In this document: positions 34,427-44,043 of the stretch, in pieces
Layout: every line of letters starts with the position of its first letter
How positions within the stretch are numbered: the stretch's first letter is position 1
Assembly: GCA_016293805.1 (NCBI GenBank)
Contig: JAEDDI010000002.1
Location: forward strand, 18,653-82,652
DNA length: 64,000 bases
DNA from: Bacillota bacterium
Lineage (GTDB): Bacteria; Bacillota; Clostridia; Peptostreptococcales; Anaerovoracaceae
Direction: 5' to 3'
Notes under the pieces: generated by a model
Told to the model about the DNA's origin: nothing
The model's database searches: none
Seen by the model: only the letters and a program-made list of their open reading frames with translations
Translations under genes and position numbers: made by a program

Positions 34427-34969
34427 TCAGTCGTGGGTAATTGACTTTCCAGCTGCCTCTTCAAATTTTTCTCTTGTGATTCCGTAGCTGTTCAGTTTTC
34501 TCAGGAAAGCCTGAGCATTGCCGTATCCTATTCCAAGATATGACCCTGCTGCCTGACGTTTTTCCCTGGAACCCGGGCCGGTCAGTCCTGTACGTACCAG
34601 ATCATTCATGGTAAATTCATCTTCCTGCACTGCAACCCTTGTACATACTTTCGAAAGAGCCTCGACTATAGCCGCAGGCTCCGCATTTTCAATGCCTATA
34701 TCTCCGTCTTTTATGGCCCTGTCCCTTGTGAGAAAAGCCTCCTTCGCATCCGGATATCTTTTCAGAACCCTTTTTCTTATCTCAAGACCGGCTCTGTCCG
34801 GATCTGTGAATATGATAATACCTTTTGACCTGTAGGCCATATCCATTAAATCCCATGTCTCTTTTCTGATACCGTAGCCGTGAGTTTCGATAGTCTCTGC
34901 TTCACAGGCTCTTTTTACTGCCGCTGTATCATCTCTTCCCTCGACTACAATCACTTCTTTAATTATCAT
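34427..34969 (-). CDS. rnmV: ribonuclease M5 (Toprim domain)
   Basis: IKEVIVVEGRDDTAAVKRA Toprim motif and DPDRAG. Start refined to ATG 34969 (MIIKEV...). Confidence 0.85.
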   Translation of the reverse strand: MIIKEVIVVEGRDDTAAVKRACEAETIETHGYGIRKETWDLMDMAYRSKGIIIFTDPDRAGLEIRKRVLKRYPDAKEAFLTRDRAIKDGDIGIENAEPAAIVEALSKVCTRVAVQEDEFTMNDLVRTGLTGPGSREKRQAAGSYLGIGYGNAQAFLRKLNSYGITREKFEEAAGKSITHD

Positions 34970-35399
34970 CTGAACGTTTTTCCTCATCAGGTGACATATA
35001 AAGAATCTCATCAGGATATACCATGTTGAGTTTCTCTCTCACCTGTTTTTCTATATACTCGGGATCGTTAACATTCTCCAGTTCCTTCTGCTTGCTGCTC
35101 AGAGTCTCCTTCAGTTCCTCCTGCTGCTTTACGAGTTCGTGCTTCTGCTTTTCAAGTCTGACAATATTTACAGACGATAAAGCTATCGCACCTGCAACAA
35201 GGAGAATAATGAGAGCGATAATCACGCGCTTTCTGCTCCTGTTTTTCTGATATCTGCGTTCAGGAGCCTGCTCCATTATCTCTACTGTCTTCTCGGCTGC
35301 CCTGCGGCGCTTCTCCCTGCGCTGCTGACGCGCCTTGTCGAAATCCACAACATTGCTGTTCCTGTTAAATTCCCTGCTTCTGCTTCTTGGTTTTGACAT
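34959..35399 (-). CDS. septum formation initiator (FtsB/DivIC-like) protein
   Basis: 146 aa. Basic N-terminus, one TM (VIIALIILLVAGAIAL), then a coiled coil (LEKQKHELVKQQEELKETL). Confidence 0.6.
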   Translation of the reverse strand: MSKPRSRSREFNRNSNVVDFDKARQQRREKRRRAAEKTVEIMEQAPERRYQKNRSRKRVIIALIILLVAGAIALSSVNIVRLEKQKHELVKQQEELKETLSSKQKELENVNDPEYIEKQVREKLNMVYPDEILYMSPDEEKRSDDN

Positions 35400-35457
35400 A
35401 ATTTTTACCTGACTTATAAATTATGAACCTGTAATGTGACTGATTTATGAAGATTCC

Positions 35458-37260
35458 CTATAAATAGTTTGCAGGATTCTGCAGTACACCGTTCACTTCT
35501 ACTTCGAAATGGCAGTGTGCCCCTGTGGAATTTCCGGTATTTCCTACCCTTGCAATGAGTTCTCCCTGTCCGACTCTGTCTCCTGCAGAAACAAGAAGTG
35601 CGCTGCAGTGGGCATAGGTTGTAACCATTCCGTTCTGATGGTTAATTTTAATGTAGTTGCCGTAGCTGTAGTTATATGTGGCAACAACCACGATACCTCC
35701 ATCCGCAGCATATATTGGGTTGCCGGCTGCACATGCCATGTCTATTCCTCTGTGAAGCCTTCCCCATCTCATGCCGAATCCCGATGACCAGTATCCTGCC
35801 GGACACGGATTTATCAGATGGCCTGAACCAACATATGACGGTCTCTTCTTGGTTCCAACATAAATGATCTTCGTTACAGGTTCCCTGACTGTCTCCTCGG
35901 ATATAACGTTTCTTGATTTCTCAATTCCGTTTTCGCATTCAACGACAGCAGTCACTTTAACCTTACCCTTTACACCCTTCTGATGAACCTTTGTGTCTCC
36001 TTCATACAAAGAATCTGTTTTGACTCTCTTAACCTTATAATCCTTCTTTTCAGTGTAGACTTTTGTCTCTTTTGTAACAACAGTTACAAGCGGATCGTTT
36101 TCAGACACAAGCACGGTTCCGTCTTCTTTAAGTTTTTCCGAAAGGTTCGGATTGAGCGCTTTAAGATATGAAGAGCTCATATTGTATCTGTCTCCGATTG
36201 TCGACGCTGTGTCAGATAATCTGACATCATATTCCAGAGGAATGCCGCCTGCAAGAATCGTATTTTCTGCAGCCTCTTCATTCATCAGTTTACCAATGGT
36301 AGTGGTAACATCTCTTGTCGTAACATTCTCCCTGAACCCGATATAGTCGTACTCTGTATCAGAGTCTGTATATCTTGAAAGAATATCCGAAAGGATTTCC
36401 TCCGCTGTTTCTTTTGTGTCTACAGTCGCAATGCGCCTGTCCCCTGCATATATTCCACATGCGGAAGCCTTAGTATCCTGCATGTATGTAAGCTTTGCAA
36501 GAACCTCGTCGGCGTCATCTGCATGTCTGTTGAGAATAACAACCTTCCTGAAACTGAAGTCCCTGTTTATATCAACCTGTACATCAACACCGTATTCTTT
36601 TGTCAGTCCCTTTCCTGCAACCTCAACCACCCTGGATACGGTTTCCTGGTTCTTGACAAGACCAAGAACCCTTCCGTTATATGAATACTCATATCCTGTA
36701 GCATAGTTAAATACCGATATCATACAGATTGCAACGATGGCTGCGCCTGCCCCGTACCTGACTATGGTCATACGGTTTTCCCAGAGCATTCCGATGCCAA
36801 AGACTGCACGTTTTCTTATACGGTAATAAAGGAATGACAGGTTATCGTATATTATTCCCTGAAGAAAGTCGTGACTTGAAACAAGCTTTGCAGCAAGCAT
36901 TCCAAGTCCGCCCGGTGTTTCGGCAGATAAAAACGAAGAAACCGCTCTCCATGCTTTTTTTGCTGCAACTCTGATGAATCTCCTGTCCTTTTCAAGCTGC
37001 TCAAAAGTGATATCAATCCAGTAGTCGCATACATCCTGCATCCATGCTGCCATGCCGGCAAACTTTCCCATCCTGTCTATTGATAGCGCTTCGGCTGCTT
37101 TTCCTGCGGCTTTTTTTGCCCTGCGGCCTGCAGAGTATATCGCATTTTCAATAAAGCCCGCAGCCTTTACGAACGCATCATCAACACAGTCCTGAAGCTT
37201 CTGATTTGCTTTGCGTATCCTGTTTATTCTGTTTTTCTTTACTTCCGGTGTTTTAGCCAT
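35458..37260 (-). CDS. M23 family peptidoglycan metalloendopeptidase with LysM-like and G5-like domains
   Basis: C-terminal M23 motifs HRGIDMA and GNTGNSTGAHCHFEV. G5-like segment (YEGDTKVHQKGVKGKVKVT). One TM. Start refined to ATG 37260 (MAKTPEV...). Confidence 0.85.
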   Translation of the reverse strand: MAKTPEVKKNRINRIRKANQKLQDCVDDAFVKAAGFIENAIYSAGRRAKKAAGKAAEALSIDRMGKFAGMAAWMQDVCDYWIDITFEQLEKDRRFIRVAAKKAWRAVSSFLSAETPGGLGMLAAKLVSSHDFLQGIIYDNLSFLYYRIRKRAVFGIGMLWENRMTIVRYGAGAAIVAICMISVFNYATGYEYSYNGRVLGLVKNQETVSRVVEVAGKGLTKEYGVDVQVDINRDFSFRKVVILNRHADDADEVLAKLTYMQDTKASACGIYAGDRRIATVDTKETAEEILSDILSRYTDSDTEYDYIGFRENVTTRDVTTTIGKLMNEEAAENTILAGGIPLEYDVRLSDTASTIGDRYNMSSSYLKALNPNLSEKLKEDGTVLVSENDPLVTVVTKETKVYTEKKDYKVKRVKTDSLYEGDTKVHQKGVKGKVKVTAVVECENGIEKSRNVISEETVREPVTKIIYVGTKKRPSYVGSGHLINPCPAGYWSSGFGMRWGRLHRGIDMACAAGNPIYAADGGIVVVATYNYSYGNYIKINHQNGMVTTYAHCSALLVSAGDRVGQGELIARVGNTGNSTGAHCHFEVEVNGVLQNPANYL

Positions 37261-38465
37261 TGGGCAGCTTCTCCCATTCTCCGGCTGAAGCATTCACATC
37301 TCTGGCCGGATTCATCATCAATGCCTGTATCAAGGCATTTGTCACATTTATATTTCACATCCATATAGTCGGCCGAAAAATTGTTTTCTGTAAGGAGAAA
37401 CGCTTTTTCAGCCTTCAGTGATTCAATTTCATTTTTCAGTTTTTCTCTTGCTCCCTCTCCTCCTCTGAACATGGATTTTGAGAGTCCTATTCCTGCATTT
37501 CTGAGCCTGTCTTCAATGTCCTTAAGCGCAGGAACACGCATGAACACTTCCTGCCTTCGCGCTTCAGCCTCACTTTCAGCATTCTCACGAATATGTTCGT
37601 AATATGCGAGAACATTCTTCATGGAAATCTTCTTTCCGACTCCCTCAGCAGATGTTCCGTCAGATTTACGCGACTCTTCATGCCAGTTTTCAAGCACCTT
37701 GTTAACATAATTTATATTCGGACTGGATATTCCGCTCGTTTTACCGCATGCCTCCAGAATTCTGTCCAGGCTGAAATGATAGATGTCAATCCATCTGTCC
37801 ATCATTTCCTCTTCATTCTCTGTCCAGTTTCTGTTGAATCCGAGAGCTTTGAATATACGCCTGTATATCTGTTTTCTCTCATCCTCCTTTTCGAGGAAGG
37901 CATTAACTTCATCTGCATTTGACAGTCCTTCTTTTATCCAGTTGTTCAGCACTTTTCCTACATATCTGTAAGATGTTTTTCCTGCCTTGGCACAGTGGCT
38001 GTAGGCACAAAGTATCACTTCAGGGTCCGCATTCAGATCAGTAATCCATTCTTCGACAGCCTTGACTTCTGTCCCGCTCATCGGATGGGCTGATATCAGT
38101 TCAATCTGTGATATAAGCCATTTGAGTTCATCATCTCCAAGAGGCCCCATCTGTTCTTCCTTATGAGGAACGTCCGATGATTCTCCCTTGACCGACAGAA
38201 ACTCTATATCATTTCCGAATGCCCGTATGACGCCGGCTTTTTCCCAGTACTCAAAGGCTTTTTCGGCAGTCTCCTCATCAATACCAAGATCGTCTGCAAT
38301 CTGTCTCACAGACATGTCTATCGAAAGCTGGGCGTGCATAAGCGAATAAATATAAACCTTGACGTAATCCCCCGGAGCATTAACCATATACTCTGATATA
38401 AATATATTCTCAATATATGTATCATGAAGATACCAGTTGTCCTTTTTTGATGTTACAAGGCCCAT
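37239..38465 (-). CDS. DnaD-domain replication initiation/helicase-loading accessory protein with a C-terminal Cys4 knuckle
   Basis: 408 aa. Two DnaD/DnaB_2-like repeats (YVGKVLNNWIKEGL, NYVNKVLENWHEE). C-terminal CDKC...CEC. Immediately downstream of dnaB. Confidence 0.65.
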   Translation of the reverse strand: MGLVTSKKDNWYLHDTYIENIFISEYMVNAPGDYVKVYIYSLMHAQLSIDMSVRQIADDLGIDEETAEKAFEYWEKAGVIRAFGNDIEFLSVKGESSDVPHKEEQMGPLGDDELKWLISQIELISAHPMSGTEVKAVEEWITDLNADPEVILCAYSHCAKAGKTSYRYVGKVLNNWIKEGLSNADEVNAFLEKEDERKQIYRRIFKALGFNRNWTENEEEMMDRWIDIYHFSLDRILEACGKTSGISSPNINYVNKVLENWHEESRKSDGTSAEGVGKKISMKNVLAYYEHIRENAESEAEARRQEVFMRVPALKDIEDRLRNAGIGLSKSMFRGGEGAREKLKNEIESLKAEKAFLLTENNFSADYMDVKYKCDKCLDTGIDDESGQRCECFSRRMGEAAQWLKHRK

Positions 38466-39793
38466 TAAATTCTCCCGCTCTGTGCTTTATTCGTAAACTT
38501 TGTGAACTGAGGCTGCCATGTCAGTTCGCAGGTTCCAGTCGATCCGTTACGGTGCTTGGCAATTATGACTTCACATGTATTCGGATTCTCTGTATCTGAA
38601 TTGTAGTAATCGTCACGATACAGCAGCATTACCACATCAGCATCCTGTTCTATTGATCCCGATTCTCTCAGGTCTGACATCATCGGTCTCTTGTCTCCGC
38701 GCTGCTCAACTGCTCTTGAAAGCTGTGAAAGCACGATTACCGGGCAGTCCATCTCCCTTGCAAGAGCCTTGATGCCTCTTGAAATCGATGATATTTCCTG
38801 CTGACGGTTGTCTTCATTACCTGAGCTTTCCATAAGCTGAAGATAGTCAATCATCACAAGATCCAGCCCTTTTTCAGCCTTGACTCTTCTGCATTTGTTC
38901 TTCATTTCCATAAGCGATATGCCTGGAGTATCATCGATTATAATGTCAGTATTTGAAATTGTATCAATTGCGATTGCGATTCTGTCCCAGTCCTTTGTTT
39001 CGAGCAAACCGGATTTTATCTTAGACAGATCAGTTCTCGATTCAACGGCAATCATTCTTTCCCCCAGCTGCTCCTTAGCCATTTCAAGGCTGAACACAAG
39101 CACCGATGCACCGCCTTTAACCGCAGCGTTCTGTGCAATATTCAGCGCCAGAGCAGTCTTTCCCATTGAAGGTCTTGCCGCAATTATTATCATATCGGAT
39201 TTCTGAAGACCATTGAGAATTCTGTCAATATCGATGAATCCTGTGGTCACGCCTGTGAGAGCTCCTGCATTTTCAGAAAGCATGCTCATTCTTTCGACAT
39301 TGGCTGAAAGAATGTCTTCAATAGGAGTAAAATCCCTCACCTGTCTTTCCTGCCCTATTTCAAGAACCTTCTTCTCTGCAAAGTCCAGTATTCTGTCGAC
39401 ATCTATGCTGTCCTCGAAACTCTTTTCAGTAATATTCATAGAAACCTCTATCAGACTCCTGAGGGCTGATTTTTCGGATATTATCCGGGCATATTCGCCC
39501 GCATTTGCCACTGATACTGCTTCACCGCAGAGTTTTGTGACATAACCTCTTCCGCCTACCATATCAAGAGAATTTCTCCTGTGCAGTTCCTCTGAAACCG
39601 TTATCGAGTCAACAGGCTGACCTTTTTTGTAAAGTGAAATTATCACTTCAAAAATCTCTCTGTTCACCCTGCTGTAAAAGTTCTCCGGAATCAGTGTTTC
39701 AGCTATGTTCAGCATGGCATCATTCGATGTCATAGCCGCGCCCAGTACAGAGCGTTCTGCATCCTCATTATGAGGAGGGATTCTTTGTGCCAT
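38465..39793 (-). CDS. dnaB: replicative DNA helicase
   Basis: 442 aa. PPHNEDAERSVLGA N-terminus. Walker A ARPSMGKT, Walker B VMIDYLQLM, and LSQLSR. Confidence 0.95.
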   Translation of the reverse strand: MAQRIPPHNEDAERSVLGAAMTSNDAMLNIAETLIPENFYSRVNREIFEVIISLYKKGQPVDSITVSEELHRRNSLDMVGGRGYVTKLCGEAVSVANAGEYARIISEKSALRSLIEVSMNITEKSFEDSIDVDRILDFAEKKVLEIGQERQVRDFTPIEDILSANVERMSMLSENAGALTGVTTGFIDIDRILNGLQKSDMIIIAARPSMGKTALALNIAQNAAVKGGASVLVFSLEMAKEQLGERMIAVESRTDLSKIKSGLLETKDWDRIAIAIDTISNTDIIIDDTPGISLMEMKNKCRRVKAEKGLDLVMIDYLQLMESSGNEDNRQQEISSISRGIKALAREMDCPVIVLSQLSRAVEQRGDKRPMMSDLRESGSIEQDADVVMLLYRDDYYNSDTENPNTCEVIIAKHRNGSTGTCELTWQPQFTKFTNKAQSGRI

Positions 39794-39806
39794 ATAAATC
39801 CTCTCT

Positions 39807-40253
39807 TTATTCTATCTCAACCTTAACCTTCAGCTGTGCAGTCACTTCATGGAAAAGCTTTACTGCAACATCAAACTCTCCCGCAGCTTTGATAGGATTT
39901 CCTAAAGCTATTTTCTTTCTGTCAATATCTGCTCCGAATGTATCTCTCACGGCATCTGCTATGTCTGCCGATGTAATCGAGCCAAACAGTTTTCCGCTTT
40001 CGCCGCCCTTTGTCTTTATTACAACAGGTCCTGCCTCTATTGTCTTTCTGACTTCCTCGGCTGCATTCCTGTTCTGTTCATAAAGTGCCGCCTCTTCGGC
40101 TTTCTGCCTTTCGAGAGCCTTCATATTCCTGTCGTTTGCCTCTACTGCAAGATTTCTCTTGAAAAGCATATTTCTCGCATATCCGTCACTAACCTTGACT
40201 ACTTCACCTGCTTTTCCTGTTCCTTTAACATCCTGTAAAAGTATAACTTTCAT
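39807..40253 (-). CDS. rplI: 50S ribosomal protein L9
   Basis: 148 aa. [28 protein letters not shown]. Confidence 0.95.
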   Translation of the reverse strand: MKVILLQDVKGTGKAGEVVKVSDGYARNMLFKRNLAVEANDRNMKALERQKAEEAALYEQNRNAAEEVRKTIEAGPVVIKTKGGESGKLFGSITSADIADAVRDTFGADIDRKKIALGNPIKAAGEFDVAVKLFHEVTAQLKVKVEIE

Positions 40254-40267
40254 ATTCTATGTCTCCT

Positions 40268-42016
40268 TTATCTTAATTCTTCGAGTATTCCCATTATCCT
40301 GTCTATCGCTTCCTCCGGCGCCAGGTCTGTCTGCGCACCCGCTGTTGTGAGATGACCGCCTCCGCCCATCGTTTCCATTATGCACTGGACGTTTACCTCT
40401 CCGAGGGAACGCGCTGAAATTACAGTCCTTCCTGTATTGTCAATTCCCGCAACAAAACTTGCCTTGACTCCCTTGACTGTAAGAAGTTCATCAGCTACCT
40501 GTGAATCTATTATAGCCGCATCAATATGAGGTATGTTCTGCACAGCTGTAGCTATGCCGTAATCGTCTATTACTGCATTGGCAAGCGCAATAGCTCTCAG
40601 CCTGAATGTATCCGTGTCTATTCTGAAAAACCTCTTTACCGCTGTCGTATCGGCTCCGGCTCTCTTCAGCCACGCTGCCGCCTCGAAGGTGCGCACACCT
40701 GTCTGCATTGCAAATCTGTTGGTATCTACAGTTATACCTCCAAGAAGAGCCTCTGCCTCAAGCTTTGAAATTGTCTTCTTGGCATTTGCAAACTGTAGCA
40801 TTTCTGTAACAAGTTCACATGTTGATGATGCATAAGGCTCCATGTATGAAAGCGTCGCCTCAATGGCATCCGCCGCCATTCTGTGGTGGTCTATCAGTAC
40901 CAGATTATTTGCCTTCTCAATTATTTCCGGTGCTTCGACGAGCATCATTCTGTGAGTGTCCAGTAAAACCACAAGAGTATCCTCGTCCATCACGCTCAGG
41001 GCCCGTTCAGTATTGACAATCATATATTCTTCAGAATTTATGGCCTGTTCGTATACTTCCGAAAGAGTATCGTTATATTCATTTACTACTATATATATTT
41101 CCTTTGCAAATTCCCTCGCAAGTCTGTGCATGCCAAGCGATGCGCCGAATGCATCCATATCCGGATAACTGTGCCCCATGATTATGACATTTGATGCCGC
41201 CTCAACCAGCTGTTTGAATCCGTACCATATTATTCTTGATTTTCCCTTATTGCTCTTTTCGACAGCCTTGGTTCTGCCTCCATAGTATTCAATCTTCTGA
41301 CCGTGCTTGACTACAGCCTGGTCTCCGCCACGTCCGAGAGCGAGGTTAAGTCCGTCCTGCGCCCACTTGTCATTTATATGAAACGACTTTCCCTGAAGCC
41401 CTATTCCCATGCTGAGAGTCACCGGAAAATCCGCTTCTGTCTCTATTTCTCTAACCATATCGAGAACAGAAAACTTATCGGTCTTGAGCCATTCGTAAAA
41501 CTGGTGTTCAAATACAAGGAAATACATGTCGTCACTGTATCTTGTAACCGATGCCTGAATTTTGGAAGCCCACTGTCTGATGCATCTGTCTATATCCGTA
41601 TCAAGCTTCATCTTATTCTCATCGGCTGTAACATTTTCAAGTTCATCGTAGTTGTCCACATGAACTATCGCCATACATACCCTCTGGTCATTGAATGTCT
41701 TCTTGAGTTTTTCGTAGTTTGTTCTCTCGTGGAAATACACGGCAAGCTCAGGACCGCCTTCAATTTTTTCCACATCCAGCCTGAAAACCTTATCGTTTGT
41801 TCTGAAATACGAAAGTTTGGCTTCGCCCTCAGCGGCCTGCAGATATTTCGCGTAGCTTATTGATGTGATTGCATAGATATTGATTCCTTCAAGCTTGCTG
41901 TAGACAAACACTTCATCAATATTGCTGCTTGAATTCAGAACATTTCCCGCCTCATCCACTACGCACACCGGCACACCGGCATATCTGCATATCGCATCAA
42001 TGGTTTCTTTTTTCAT
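40268..42016 (-). CDS. DHH/DHHA1 phosphoesterase, GdpP-like (putative c-di-AMP phosphodiesterase) lacking N-terminal TM helices
   Basis: 582 aa. DHH motifs (GHSYPDMDAFGAS, LIDHH) and DHHA1 GGGH at the C-terminus. Conserved yybS-gdpP-rplI-dnaB synteny. Confidence 0.8.
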   Translation of the reverse strand: MKKETIDAICRYAGVPVCVVDEAGNVLNSSSNIDEVFVYSKLEGINIYAITSISYAKYLQAAEGEAKLSYFRTNDKVFRLDVEKIEGGPELAVYFHERTNYEKLKKTFNDQRVCMAIVHVDNYDELENVTADENKMKLDTDIDRCIRQWASKIQASVTRYSDDMYFLVFEHQFYEWLKTDKFSVLDMVREIETEADFPVTLSMGIGLQGKSFHINDKWAQDGLNLALGRGGDQAVVKHGQKIEYYGGRTKAVEKSNKGKSRIIWYGFKQLVEAASNVIIMGHSYPDMDAFGASLGMHRLAREFAKEIYIVVNEYNDTLSEVYEQAINSEEYMIVNTERALSVMDEDTLVVLLDTHRMMLVEAPEIIEKANNLVLIDHHRMAADAIEATLSYMEPYASSTCELVTEMLQFANAKKTISKLEAEALLGGITVDTNRFAMQTGVRTFEAAAWLKRAGADTTAVKRFFRIDTDTFRLRAIALANAVIDDYGIATAVQNIPHIDAAIIDSQVADELLTVKGVKASFVAGIDNTGRTVISARSLGEVNVQCIMETMGGGGHLTTAGAQTDLAPEEAIDRIMGILEELR

Positions 42017-42795
42017 ACTCTGACTCCGATTTTTCCTTTAAGATTAACGAGTGCATCAACTATTCCGGATACATAAAGCACTGTACTTCCTATATTGCTG
42101 ACCATAAGGATAACAGTGAGTATAACCCAGAGGGGTCTGGGCCATCCTCTCATATGGAAGATATATGCTATAAGGCTTATTCCCTGAAAAGCAAATACAG
42201 CTCTGAAAAGAACATAAACATTTGCATTGACCGCTTCTGAAAAACTGAACACTTCAGCATAGTTAAGCACCCATGCAAGCATTGATACTGCAACCCATCC
42301 TATCAGCCCTGATCTTGTGAGTGAAAACTCACGGACAGGTTTCATTTTCCTGAAGCCGGAATCCTTTTTTCTGAGGATTCTGTGCGCTGCTGCACATTCG
42401 GCATATGCTGCAACCGCACTCCAGATGATAAACACAGAAGGAAGAAGCAGTGCCATTGTCTGATAAAGTTTCCTGTAAAACTCGGTCATCTCGGCAGTAC
42501 TCATATTATCAAGTCCGAAGAGTTTAGCATATTCAGCATTTTCGGCCAGCATACTGCTCATAATATCTATATTCTGATTTATCTGGCTGCTGAAACCCTC
42601 CCCGAAAAGGCTGCTTATGGCGATTATTACAAGACAGCCAAACGAACCGTAAAGCGTCCCTATGCCAATCACCTTATATGTTTCAACTCCAAGTCCTGTT
42701 CCTCTCGAAACAACACCTGCAGAAAAAACTATAGCTGCTGCAAATACCAGTAGTGTGTACATTAATCTCTTTTCTCCAATCAATATATAGTCCAT
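42013..42795 (-). CDS. YybS-like polytopic membrane protein (DUF2232)
   Basis: 260 aa, multi-TM, with a 4-nt overlap with the gdpP-like gene. The position matches Bacillus yybS. Confidence 0.6.
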   Translation of the reverse strand: MDYILIGEKRLMYTLLVFAAAIVFSAGVVSRGTGLGVETYKVIGIGTLYGSFGCLVIIAISSLFGEGFSSQINQNIDIMSSMLAENAEYAKLFGLDNMSTAEMTEFYRKLYQTMALLLPSVFIIWSAVAAYAECAAAHRILRKKDSGFRKMKPVREFSLTRSGLIGWVAVSMLAWVLNYAEVFSFSEAVNANVYVLFRAVFAFQGISLIAYIFHMRGWPRPLWVILTVILMVSNIGSTVLYVSGIVDALVNLKGKIGVRV

Positions 42796-42871
42796 TATAT
42801 TATATCACACAAGACCACCAATGCAAATATCAGCATATCCACAAATATGCCGTACTTTTTGAAAATAACTG

Positions 42872-42900
42872 TTGACATATTCTGCAATCGGATATATCAT
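42872..42900 (+). promoter_or_regulatory. promoter of the GntR-ABC operon (TTGACA-N17-TATCAT)
   Basis: TTGACA at 42872..42877 and TATCAT at 42895..42900. Confidence 0.5.
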
Positions 42901-42931
42901 GATATTGTCTTAAGTGCTTAAGACAATATCA
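42900..42931. promoter_or_regulatory. perfect 32-bp palindromic operator (15-bp arms, 2-bp centre)
   Basis: TGATATTGTCTTAAG-TG-CTTAAGACAATATCA. It abuts the -10 box and lies upstream of the GntR gene's SD, the expected position for YtrA-type autorepression. Confidence 0.6.
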
Positions 42932-42949
42932 GAAAGGGGATTGACATAA

Positions 42950-43312
42950 ATGTGGAAACTTGATGACAGCAGACCGATATATCCTCAGCTGAAAGAAATA
43001 CTGCTGAGAGACATCATCACCGGGAAGTACAGCAGGGGAAGTGCTTTTCCGACAGTGAGAGATCTAGCTGAAACTGCAGGTGTGAACAGAAACACAATGC
43101 AGAGAGCCCTGTCAGAGCTCGAGTCAGAAGGTCTCATCATCACAAACAGAACAGCCGGACGCACCGTTACAGAAGATGGGGAACTGATTAATAGAATACG
43201 TGCAGATCTGGCAGATCGTATTGCTGACAGATTCATCGATGAAATGATGAGCATCAGCGTGGATATCAGCGAAGCAATTGCAATTCTTAACACGAAAGGG
43301 GAAAGGAAATGA
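42950..43312 (+). CDS. GntR-family transcriptional regulator, YtrA subfamily (short effector domain)
   Basis: 120 aa. Winged-HTH FPTVRDLAETAGVNRNTMQRALSELESEGLI. Confidence 0.85.
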   Translation: MWKLDDSRPIYPQLKEILLRDIITGKYSRGSAFPTVRDLAETAGVNRNTMQRALSELESEGLIITNRTAGRTVTEDGELINRIRADLADRIADRFIDEMMSISVDISEAIAILNTKGERK

Positions 43313-44043
43313 CAGACAAAATCTTAGAATGCCGCGGTATTTCAAAGAGATTCAGTTCAAAACTGGCGCTTGACTGTGTCAGCCTTGAAATCGGCAGCGG
43401 CAAAATCATCGGTCTTCTCGGACCGAACGGCAGCGGCAAAACAACACTTATTAAACTTGCCAACGGACTCATTCAGCCTACTGCAGGTGAAATACTTATA
43501 GGAGGAATGAAACCGTCTCCTTCAACAAAGAGCCTTGTGTCCTATCTTCCGGACAGAACGTATTTTGCAGACTGGATGAAAGTCAGAGATGTTTTCGATA
43601 TGTTCGAAGGGTTCTATTCCGATTTTAACAGAGCCAAGGCGGATTCAATGGCGCATTCCATGGGAATAATGCAGGATGACAAAATAAAGACCATGTCCAA
43701 GGGCACCAAGGAGAAGGTTCAGCTTATACTTACAATGAGCAGAAATGCCATGCTTTATCTTCTCGATGAACCTATCGCAGGTGTTGACCCTGCTGCAAGA
43801 GATTTCATTCTTACAACTATTATCAACAACTACAATCCTGACGGAACAGTTATCATCTCAACTCACCTGATCTCTGATATTGAAAGGATTCTCGATGAGG
43901 TGGTATTTATCAGGGACGGTCAGGTTATCCTTCACGACAGTGTGGACTCCATCAAAGAGAAGGAAGGCAAATCAATAGACGAAGTGTTCAGAGATTCCTT
44001 CAGAATGTATCCTTCTATGGGAGGTGAATACAATGTTCGGTAA
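43309..44043 (+). CDS. ABC transporter ATP-binding protein
   Basis: Walker A GPNGSGKTT, signature MSKGTKEKV (LSGG-like), Walker B MLYLLDEP. Confidence 0.9.
   Translation: MTDKILECRGISKRFSSKLALDCVSLEIGSGKIIGLLGPNGSGKTTLIKLANGLIQPTAGEILIGGMKPSPSTKSLVSYLPDRTYFADWMKVRDVFDMFEGFYSDFNRAKADSMAHSMGIMQDDKIKTMSKGTKEKVQLILTMSRNAMLYLLDEPIAGVDPAARDFILTTIINNYNPDGTVIISTHLISDIERILDEVVFIRDGQVILHDSVDSIKEKEGKSIDEVFRDSFRMYPSMGGEYNVR

Noticed and set aside
32822-34430. Possibility that the RuvC/HNH gene is a degenerate cas9 in a CRISPR locus
   Set aside because: No direct-repeat/spacer array, no cas1/cas2/csn2 and no tracrRNA-like anti-repeat can be seen in the flanks. The 416-aa size, PLMP N-terminus and missing REC lobe fit IscB, not Cas9.
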